DNA of 64,000 nt. Source: an uncultured Phycisphaerales bacterium (lineage in GTDB: Bacteria; Planctomycetota; Phycisphaerae; Sedimentisphaerales; Anaerobacaceae). Position 1 is the stretch's first letter; each line of letters starts with the position of its first letter. The stretch lies in the NCBI GenBank assembly GCA_963772725.1, contig CAVYYI010000001.1, forward strand, positions 608,001 to 672,000. Reading direction: 5' to 3'. Below, in pieces: positions 42,308 through 52,285 of this stretch. The notes under the pieces are model-generated. The model made no database searches and was not told the DNA's origin. It was given only the letters and a program-made list of their open reading frames with translations. The translations under genes and the position numbers were made by a program.

Positions 42308-42562
42308 ATGCTCGACTATAAAAAAACGATAATGAAAAAAATTCGGCAAGGAAGTTTGTATACTTTCAATCAACTCTTTAGATTTTTGGCAGCTAAAGAA
42401 ACAGATGGATTGGATAGTGACGATATCAAAGTTGAAATTGCGAATACTTTGGACACTTTGGTACAAGAAGACAAACTGCAAATTTTCTATGATAGATTAA
42501 ACTGTGATGTCTGTTTCGGCAGACGGGAAAGAATTGAAAATAAGAAAGGAGTCGTTTTTTGA
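42308..42562 (+). CDS. Small hypothetical protein (wHTH-like spacing)
   Basis: AAGGA RBS; TTGACA upstream near 42230. Confidence 0.5.
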   Translation: MLDYKKTIMKKIRQGSLYTFNQLFRFLAAKETDGLDSDDIKVEIANTLDTLVQEDKLQIFYDRLNCDVCFGRRERIENKKGVVF

Positions 42563-42723
42563 AAATTCTGACAAAAAAACGCAACCTATGGAGTTACCAG
42601 AGAGAAGTTTTAGTTTAGTAATTTGTTCTGTAAAAGAGTTTAACCGTTGATGAGTAATTTAGTTACGAAAATAAGGAGCAGTGGCAGAGTGGCTGAACGC
42701 GACGGTCTTGAAAACCGTTGTGC

Positions 42724-44242
<1,519 letters not shown>

Positions 44243-44351
44243 TCAAAGTTTTCAGATACTTTAATTATATACAATATGATTATATGGTTGTAAAGAACAA
44301 CAAATCTCCTTGAAAGAAAAAAGATTTAACGGTAGAATTGAAATAATATAC

Positions 44352-45203
44352 ATGGCTATACCAGAATCACAATTAGAAATATGGTCGCATCAGGGTGCGG
44401 TTGCAACCGCTAAAGCAACAGCCGACTCTGTTAAGAATGCCTTAAATACTTATAATAGTTGGCCTGATGGGGTTGATTTTGAGGTTTATTTACAGGGTTC
44501 TTATAAAAACGACACTAACATTCGCGGTGATAGCGATGTAGATGTTGTTGTTCAACTTAATTCAACCTTCTATAGCAATCTTTCCGAATCTCAGAAGAGT
44601 ATATTGGGTTTGACACCAGCTTCTTATAGTTTGCAAACCTTCAGGGTAGAAGTTTTGAATGTTTTAAAAGGATATTATGGGCAGAGCCAAATAGTCGAAG
44701 GAAACAAATCAATAAAAATAAAAGCGAATAGCGGGAGATTGCCTGCCGACGTTGTGGTTTGTTCACAGTATAGGTACTACAAACCTATAAATAGCTATGA
44801 TTTTATTGAGGGGATGTGTTTTTGGACTGGAAATGATAATAGGCAAGTTATAAATTATCCCAAAACTCATTACGATAATGGGGTTTCAAAACATCAAAAT
44901 AGTAATGGGTGGCATAAGCCAACGGTTAGATTGTTTAAAAATTTGCGAGGGAATCTTGCCGGAGACGCGACGCCGTCATATTTTTTGGAATGTATGCTCT
45001 ACAATGTGCCCAGTATGAAATTTGGCACAAGTTATGGCGATACGTTTTGTAGTGTTGTAAATTGGCTTAATGAAAATAGGTTAGACGATTTTATATGTCA
45101 AAATAGCCGATTAAATCTTTTCGGTCCGACACAGGAACAGTGGAATACGACGCAGGCAAAGGAATTTATAAAAAATTTAATTTCAGTTTGGAATAACTGG
45201 TAA
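44352..45203 (+). CDS. cdnE: CBASS CD-NTase, CdnE-like
   Basis: MAIPESQLEIWS, YLQGSYKNDTNIRGDSDVDVV, ADVV, INYPK, PSYFLECMLYNVP. Confidence 0.85.
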   Translation: MAIPESQLEIWSHQGAVATAKATADSVKNALNTYNSWPDGVDFEVYLQGSYKNDTNIRGDSDVDVVVQLNSTFYSNLSESQKSILGLTPASYSLQTFRVEVLNVLKGYYGQSQIVEGNKSIKIKANSGRLPADVVVCSQYRYYKPINSYDFIEGMCFWTGNDNRQVINYPKTHYDNGVSKHQNSNGWHKPTVRLFKNLRGNLAGDATPSYFLECMLYNVPSMKFGTSYGDTFCSVVNWLNENRLDDFICQNSRLNLFGPTQEQWNTTQAKEFIKNLISVWNNW

Positions 45204-45204
45204 T

Positions 45205-45801
45205 ATGCACCCATATTCAATCGACACGGAAGAAAGAAAAAAGATTCTACTAATCTTGGCAATAGTAAGTATTATTTTAGCCTGGTGTTTTTATAAAATA
45301 CTTAACAATTATCAAATCGTTTTACTCTGGTGGATTGAGAGCCCATCTGTATTATTTTTCTATGAGTTGCTTTTTGTTGCCTTTGATAAATGGCTATGGC
45401 AATATTTTGAGAAATTCGGTCTTGTGAAAACTCCGAACTTGAACGGAGGATGGAAAGGGTATTTGAGATCATCCTTTGATGAGCATTCTACAAAGATTAA
45501 AGCAACCTTGAAAATATTCCAGACCTGGACAAGAATAAAGATATTATTGACAACAGAAAGCTCGTCGTCATGTAGCGAAACAGCCTCTGTTATAACTGAC
45601 GCTCCCGAAGGTAAATATTTAAGTTATTAATACATTAACGAACCGAAATCAAACGCTGTTAAGACTATGAGTATTCATAGAGGGACAGTAAAATTATTGT
45701 TTGACGAAGAGAAAAATGTTTTAGATGGTGAGTATTATTCCGGCAGAGATAGACAGAATTTTGGGAGCTTATATTTTAAAAAAGATCAATCACACAACTA
45801 A
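45205..45801 (+). pseudogene. cap15: CBASS Cap15-type 2TM + beta-barrel effector with in-frame TAA at 45628-45630
   Basis: MHPYS, two TMs, PNLNGGWKG, IFQTWTRI; the frame stays open after the stop: YINEP..HRGT..GEYYSGRDRQNFG to TAA 45801. Confidence 0.8.
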
Positions 45802-45804
45802 GAT

Positions 45805-47052
45805 TTAAAACATTGCGTATTTTTCCTGTGATGCTTTGATTATTTCCTTTTTACAAGATATTCTTTTTTGGGGGTGTAGAAGCGTTATAGCACTGAACGG
45901 TCTTGATGCCACGCCGTCAATCAATAGCTTTAGATATATGTGGTAGTTGGGCAGATTAACCAAATCTTCTTCGCTGAAAACCGGATAAAATTCCCTGGCC
46001 ATGTATTCTGCATCCTCAGCGCCGAGCCTGAATGAAATTATTGTCCCGACATTGCCGAATATCGCCGCTCTTATCTTTTCGTCAAGCTGCTCAATATACT
46101 GATGGCACAGGATAAGATTCAGTCCGTATTTTCTTGCCTCAGACAGGATATCCGCGAAAGACAGGGTTAGAAAATTGTGCATTTCATCAACGTACAGGTA
46201 AAATCCACGCCTGGTATTTTCAGGTATATCTGCCCGGCTTAATGCGGCCAGTTGCATCTGAGTTGCAAGCATCGCACCAAGCAGGGAACAGTTATCTTCA
46301 CCTATTTTGCCTTTGGATAGATTAGCGATAAAGATTTTCCCTTCGTCCATCACCTTCCTGAAACGGAAGGTGTTTTTCTTTTGGCCTACGATATTCCTAA
46401 GGGGTTTGCTGGTTAAGAATTGTCCTACCTTATTTAAAATAGGCGCTGTGGCCTCAGTTTTTAGCCAGGCAGAGTATTTTTCAAACTCAAAAAGCCAGAA
46501 CTCTCTTACCTGCTGATGAGTCACGTGCTTTAAAACCTGCTGCCTAAAATCCTTATTGGTTAAGAGCCTTGGTATATCCAGTAGGGTGCTATCGGGATAT
46601 TCCAGAAGCGTCAGGATTGAATGTCTCAGGATATGCTCTAACCTTGGCCCCCAGAACTCAGACCAGACCTTTTTAAATACGGAGATAAGTCCTGATGTTA
46701 CCAGGTGATGATATTCAGGGTTTACTGCCGCAAGGGGGTTAAAAGGAACCGGGTATTCGGTATCAGCAGGATTAAAGTAAATAACATCGTTTACGCGTGT
46801 TTGGGGGATATAGTTTAAAATGTCCTCGGCCAAATCACCGTGGGGGTCGATTAAGGCAAGACCATAACCTGTCTTAATATCAGATATAACCATATTCTCA
46901 ATCAGGGTGGATTTGCCTGTTCCGGTTTTTCCAATTATATACATATGACCACGGCGGTTTTTCTGTTTTATGCCGAATATTTTCCTTATATCCCTGTAGT
47001 TCGTGACGGCAAAAGGGGTAATCTGATTTTTGTCATTATTCTCTTTGTCCAT
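45805..47052 (-). CDS. HerA/TraD-VirD4-like coupling-protein ATPase
   Basis: HMYIIGKTGTGKS, IDPHGDL, YVDEMHNF, EARKYGL. Confidence 0.8.
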   Translation of the reverse strand: MDKENNDKNQITPFAVTNYRDIRKIFGIKQKNRRGHMYIIGKTGTGKSTLIENMVISDIKTGYGLALIDPHGDLAEDILNYIPQTRVNDVIYFNPADTEYPVPFNPLAAVNPEYHHLVTSGLISVFKKVWSEFWGPRLEHILRHSILTLLEYPDSTLLDIPRLLTNKDFRQQVLKHVTHQQVREFWLFEFEKYSAWLKTEATAPILNKVGQFLTSKPLRNIVGQKKNTFRFRKVMDEGKIFIANLSKGKIGEDNCSLLGAMLATQMQLAALSRADIPENTRRGFYLYVDEMHNFLTLSFADILSEARKYGLNLILCHQYIEQLDEKIRAAIFGNVGTIISFRLGAEDAEYMAREFYPVFSEEDLVNLPNYHIYLKLLIDGVASRPFSAITLLHPQKRISCKKEIIKASQEKYAMF

Positions 47053-47195
47053 ATTCTGATCGTATATCCACAAGCCCTTTACTAAAAGAAAGGGCTTGTT
47101 GCTCAAATAGGCAAATCTGCCAATCTTGTTGGGATATCACCATAGGCTAAACTGAAAATAGAACATTAAAAACTTTATTTAGGAGAATAAAAATT

Positions 47196-47522
47196 ATGGC
47201 AAAGAAAATGACATGTATCGAAGTAAGAACAGTTGAAGGAAAACACATTTTTAGCTTGTACCTCTCTGAGAAAGAAATCGATTCTGATGCGGAAGGAGCC
47301 GGAGGCAACAATCAAAACGGCAACGCCACAAACGGCGATTCGCCGATGACAGATGCCCAGAAGAGGTATCTGTTTAGAATCCTTGCCGAGCAGGGCTTTG
47401 AGAACGAGAAGGCCCATAAGCATTTAAAGAAACTCTTCGGCGTAGATGAGTTAGATGAAGTCACCAAGCTCGAAGCAAGCAAGATGATTGAGAGCTTATT
47501 GGAAAAGGCTGAGAGCAAGTAA
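47196..47522 (+). CDS. Hypothetical protein
   Basis: AGGAG RBS; MTDAQKRYL...TKLEASKMIE helical motif. Confidence 0.6.
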   Translation: MAKKMTCIEVRTVEGKHIFSLYLSEKEIDSDAEGAGGNNQNGNATNGDSPMTDAQKRYLFRILAEQGFENEKAHKHLKKLFGVDELDEVTKLEASKMIESLLEKAESK

Positions 47523-47535
47523 GGAGGAGTTAGCT

Positions 47536-47844
47536 ATGGAACTGCTTACTCAAGAGATTCGCAGGAAACTGCCGCTGCTTTATTCACAGGAAAAATTAGG
47601 CGGGCAGGCAATTGTTTATGTAAAGTTCTTCACGCCGGATTCAAACTGGACATGGTACGCAACAGAATTTGACGGGGAAGACACCTTCTTTGGTCTTGTG
47701 GACGGCCATTGCAGAGAGCTTGGCTATTTTAGCCTCTCGGAACTCAAGGAAGTTCATGGGCCATGCGGTCTTTCGATTGAAAGAGACCTTAATTGGCAGC
47801 CAAAGAGGCTGGAAGAGATTGCTCCGGAGATGTTCGCACCTTAG
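47536..47844 (+). CDS. DUF2958 family protein
   Basis: LPLLYSQE, KFFTPDSNWTWYATE, FFGLV, ELGYFSLSEL, IERDL. Confidence 0.85.
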   Translation: MELLTQEIRRKLPLLYSQEKLGGQAIVYVKFFTPDSNWTWYATEFDGEDTFFGLVDGHCRELGYFSLSELKEVHGPCGLSIERDLNWQPKRLEEIAPEMFAP

Positions 47845-47914
47845 GAGTTGGATATGTAACTTGTTTTGGAAAGTAAACCAATTATTAACCGTTTAATTTA
47901 GAAAGGGTAAAGTT

Positions 47915-48184
47915 ATGAAAGTAGAAATTTTCAGACTCACAGGCCAGCCTGTAACTATCGAGGTTCAGGAAAATGGAACCGTCAGGGATGTGTTTTCACA
48001 TCCTGAGAGTGGCCAGGTAATCGGCAGGGAAGGAACTCTATTGAAGGCTGCCGAGGAAATTTATGGCAGTATTCAGTCCATGGGAAGTCTCAGGATTAAT
48101 GGTTCTGCGGCTACACTGGATACCAAGGTTACAGCAGGTTCAACAATCCTGATTATCCCGAAAGTAGAAGGCGGTCTGGCCTAA
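47915..48184 (+). CDS. Ubiquitin-like beta-grasp (ThiS/MoaD-like) protein ending GG-LA
   Basis: TIEV..GTVRD, RING, TILIIPKVEGG. Confidence 0.7.
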   Translation: MKVEIFRLTGQPVTIEVQENGTVRDVFSHPESGQVIGREGTLLKAAEEIYGSIQSMGSLRINGSAATLDTKVTAGSTILIIPKVEGGLA

Positions 48185-48220
48185 CAGGCGTAGGATTAAA
48201 CCAAGCATTTTTCTCACAGA

Positions 48221-48262
48221 AAGGGCTGGCAGGAAATTAAATTTCGCCGGCCCTTATTTTTT
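48221..48262 (+). terminator. Intrinsic terminator/attenuator between Ubl and E2-like genes
   Basis: AAGGGCTGGC/GCCGGCCCTT stem followed by T6. Confidence 0.55.
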
Positions 48263-48276
48263 GGAGGTTAACAAAA

Positions 48277-49714
48277 ATGGAACATGAAAAGATAATACCA
48301 CCAGTTACGATATACCGCTGGCAAAGTCTGGCCATGCCGGAAAATGAAATCAGAAACATTCTTACATACCTTGCCTACAAGACTGATAAACCTGTAACAT
48401 TCCGCTGGTACAGCGAGAATGAAGGATACAGTGAAAATTCTGTAAGCGTGCGTGTGGCGGTTGCAGACGGCCTTTGTAAAGTAAGCAGGGCGGAGGTCAT
48501 AAAGATTGCAGACAGCAGATACACACCATCAGAGAACCAAAATACCGTTGATATTGAAACAAATGTCCCAGAGGGAAAACAGATTCTCGATGACGATTCT
48601 CTGACTCTTGCCTATGTCGACCACAACAGGATTATTATCCTAATCGAACTTACTGCCAATGATAACCAGGAAACAAGGGCCATACTATCTTACATAATTG
48701 AGCGTTCTATCGAACTGCTTGATTTTAAGATGACTGATAAGCTGCTTGAGCAGCGAAAAGAGCTTGCTCAACGTTTCTGCGAGGCCTTTGCTAAGGGTGT
48801 TCGGGACAAAATAACCGAAAAGGAAGATAACTTAAATAATGGAGAACGTGAAGCCCAGAGCGCCTATTATACAATCCTTGATTTTGAACGCAGTAAACCT
48901 GTCATCCAGAAGGAACTAAAGTATCTAAAGAAACTTCGGCAAATCCGCAGGCCGAGGTTATTTCACATCCAGGCGCAAAGGTCTTATTGAACTGCTCGCA
49001 TCAGGCCAGTACGATAGTATAGATGCCGATGAGGATGGTTTAATAACAGCCGTTACTTCGCCTGTAACCATTGAATATGACAACAGGTCGTTTCCTATGG
49101 GAAGATACCAGATAAGTATCGATTCAAAGGGCAACCTAAAGATAGAAGCTCTTGATAAACATCCAAATGCCGAGCATCCACACCCCCATATAGCTACCGA
49201 TGGCCAGCCGTGCCTCGGCAATATCGCTCCGGATATCCCTAAGATGATTGGTTCAATGCGTATGGCTGAAGTGCTCACCGTGCTGCATGAGTTCCTCTGC
49301 CAGTACAACTCTGGCAATCCTTATGAGAAGATTGGCTCTTTCGACCCAACAGGCCAGTACGAAGATGAAGACAACCCCTGTGAGGATTGCAATGATTCGT
49401 GCAGTCCATACTGTATCAACGAATGCGGGAGCAACGACGGCCAGTATAGCTGTAGAGATTGCAATGACTGTCGCAGCGAGTACTGCTATATAGAGTGCGA
49501 CTATAACCAGGATTTCGATAAGTTCAGCCCCTGCGACGACTGTTCAGAAAGCGGTACAAAACACTGCTATCTGGCCTGCCGCTACAATAAAAGCTGGAAA
49601 CTTCACCAGCCCTGTGATGACGACTGCCAGTTCGAGGATTGCGATGCCGAATGTCCTTACTTTAAAAAGCTTCAGGACATAGAAAAGGAGGCCAGCCATG
49701 CAAACGCAGAATAA
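48277..49714 (+). CDS. ~478-aa protein with coiled coil, prokaryotic E2-like domain and Cys-rich tail; one extra A near 48978
   Basis: Removing one base joins 48277-48990 to 49097-49714; HPHPHIATDGQPCLG; 18 Cys in the tail. Confidence 0.65.
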
Positions 49715-49815
49715 AGAGAAAGAAACGCCGCAGGCAGAAAAGGAGTTTATTATCGCCTCTGACAGCCAACCACAATGGCCTGCGGGAATTATCGTATCCA
49801 GGAAAAAGAGGATGA
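49698..49815 (+). pseudogene. 5' stub of the next operon gene, truncated by IS21
   Basis: AAGGAGG RBS, overlaps the upstream stop, ~39 codons before the IS end. Confidence 0.55.
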
Positions 49816-49918
49816 TGATCAGCGACAATTATTCTTACCTTCCGGCGACAGTTAAAAGTTCCGGATGAATTAAAGTTGGAATATGCTATCTGAAACTCAT
49901 TAAGTCAGGAGATTTCAG

Positions 49919-51405
49919 ATGGTTAAAGACAAACAGGTAAGGAGATTGTTCGCTATGAAAAACAAATGCAAGACCTTATATCAGCTTGCAGACAAGGCTG
50001 GTATAAGCACTAAAACCGCCCGCAAGTATTTAAAAACGGGCGTGCTGCCCAGCCAATGCCAAGCTATCCACGACTGGCCCACCCATCCGGATGCCTTTGC
50101 AGGGGATTGGCCATGGGTTGAAGAATTCCTCAAAAACAACTCCGGTCTTGAATCTAAATCGCTTTTTGAGGCTCTGCAGCGTGAATATCCCGGTAAATAC
50201 CAGGACAGCGAATTAAGAACCTTCCAGAGACGAGTAAAACAATGGAAAGCCTTGTCCGGTCCGGCTCAGGAAGTGTTTTTTCCACAAATCTATAAACCCG
50301 GCCAATGGTGCGAATCAGACTTTACCAGGATGAATAAGCTGGGTATCACCATTTGCGGCATACCTTTTATTCACATGCTGTACCATTTTGTATTGTGTTT
50401 GTCGAACTGGGAAACCGTCACGGTATGTTTTTCAGAAAGCTATGAAAGTTTAAGTGCCGGTATTCAAAATGCCCTCTGGAAGTTAGGCGGCATACCACGC
50501 TATCATAGGACTGATAATTTAACCTGTGCGGTTAACAAGGTAGGCAATCCTGAGGAATTCACGGCTAACTATCAGGGTCTTGCGAATCATTATGGTTTCC
50601 AAAGCTGTAAAATCCAGCCTCACTGTCCGAATGAAAACGGCGATATAGAGCAGCGTCATCACAGGTTAAAGAGAGCTGTTGAACAGGCGTTAATCCTTAG
50701 AGGAAGCAGAGATTTTAACAGCAGGAAAGATTATGAAATGTTTCTTGAAAAGCTGCTCGACCAACTCAATACCGGCCGCACAAAACTCTTGGCCGAAGAG
50801 TTAAAGGTTCTGCGGCAATTGCCAACCCGCAGGCATGAAGATTTCACCAGGGATAAATGCAGGGTAAGTCGTGGTCTACGGTCCGAGTTCTTAAGAACAG
50901 CTATTCTGTTCACAGCAGGCTTAGGGGAGAAAATGTTGACGTTCGAATATATGCCGAACATATCGAAGTCTGGTATGCTCAAAGAAGAATTGAAGTATTG
51001 CCCAGATTACACGGTGAAAACGGTCATTACATCAATTACCGCCACGTTATAGATACCCTTGTTCGCAAACCCGGGGCGTTTGAGAACTATTGCTATAAAG
51101 ATGATATGTTTCCCACAAGTCAGTTCAGGATCGCATATGATCTCCTGCGTGATCAACATGGGATGAAGCAGGGTAATAAGCAGTATCTGAAAATTCTTGA
51201 ATTAGCTGCCAACGAAAGCCAGACATCTGTCAATGAAGCTTTGCGGTTCCTGATCAACCATGCAGATGCGATTGATTTTGATATGGTAGAACAAATAGTC
51301 AAATCCGAACAACAGCCGCCGGATGTCACTGACGTTTGTGTTGGCGATATTGATCTGAACAGTTATGACTGTCTACTTGAATCGGCGGAGGCACTACTGG
51401 TATGA
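49919..51405 (+). CDS. istA: IS21 transposase, frameshift near 50870
   Basis: HTH, SDFT, RTDN, NENGDIE DDE, NSYSVHSRL. Confidence 0.88.
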
Positions 51406-52166
51406 GTAAAAATGATCTGGATAATCAGCTTGTAAACCTTCTCAAAGAACTTCACCTGCCGATGTTCCGTGAATATTACGCCGAGTTCGCTCAGAAGGCT
51501 ATCGCCGAAGATATGGGTTATTCACAATATCTATTGGAATTGGCTCAGCGTGAGTGTGATGTTCGCAGAGCCAATAAAATCGCAAGGCTGGTAAAAGCCT
51601 CAAAGCTTCCTATGGAAAAGACCATGGCAAACTTTGATTTTAAACGTATGCCGTTGAAGATACGTCAGCAGGTCAAAATTCTTTTGGAAGGTTCATTTGT
51701 TGACAGAACAGAGAATATTCTTGCATTTGGCAAACCCGGCAGCGGTAAGACACATTTACTGTGTGGTATCTGTCATGAACTTGCCCGGCAGGGAAAAAAG
51801 GTTTACTTTACTACGTGTGATATGATGTTGCAGGAGTTATTACGAGCCAAGCAGGAGTTGAAGCTGGACAAATGGCTCAAGAAGCTGTCACAGTACGAGG
51901 CATTGATGATAGATGACTTCGGCTATGTCAAACAGAACCGCGAGGAGATGGAGGTGCTGTTTACCTTATTAGCTCATTGTTATGAACGTGGCAGCGTGTT
52001 GATTACCAGCAATCTGCCGTTCAGTAAATGGGAAGTCATCTTTAAGGATCCGATGACCACTGCAGCAGCGATCGACCGGCTGGTACATCATAGTGTGATC
52101 CTTGAATTGAATGTACCGAGCTACCGAGCTGAGGAAGCTCAGAGACGGAAAAATAAGGACACGTAA
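51402..52166 (+). CDS. istB: IS21 helper ATPase
   Basis: GKPGSGKT, IDDFGY, TSNLPFSKW, AAIDRLVHH. Confidence 0.92.
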   Translation: MSKNDLDNQLVNLLKELHLPMFREYYAEFAQKAIAEDMGYSQYLLELAQRECDVRRANKIARLVKASKLPMEKTMANFDFKRMPLKIRQQVKILLEGSFVDRTENILAFGKPGSGKTHLLCGICHELARQGKKVYFTTCDMMLQELLRAKQELKLDKWLKKLSQYEALMIDDFGYVKQNREEMEVLFTLLAHCYERGSVLITSNLPFSKWEVIFKDPMTTAAAIDRLVHHSVILELNVPSYRAEEAQRRKNKDT

Positions 52167-52285
52167 TGTCCGAAATTTTGCCCCCCATGGGGGGCACCTC
52201 CTAAAGGCTATAAGCTAAGGTAAGTGTTATGAAGTAACGGTAAAAATAACTGTCGTTGAAGGGAAATTATAATTGACGCCGGACA

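Larger units (their letters stand above)
29582..42717. mobile_element. Integrative element / phage-satellite-like island in tRNA-Ser
   Basis: 43-bp terminal direct repeats, integrase next to attL, helicase, TerS-like and prohead-like genes. Confidence 0.85.
49816..52285 (+). mobile_element. IS21 family element (2470 bp), no target duplication
   Basis: TG...CA ends, IRs TGATCAGCGACAATTAT / TGTCCGGCGTCAATTAT, internal CGACARTTA repeats. Confidence 0.85.

Noticed and set aside
45628..45630. Stop-codon recoding in cap15
   Set aside because: TAA is the normal terminator of many genes in this window; there is no evidence of an alternative code.
44352..49714. Type II CBASS (Cap2/Cap3) formed by the CD-NTase plus the E2-like gene
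   Set aside because: The E2-like gene is 3 kb away in a separate operon with its own Ubl, and the CD-NTase ends in WNNW without a Gly-type conjugation tail.
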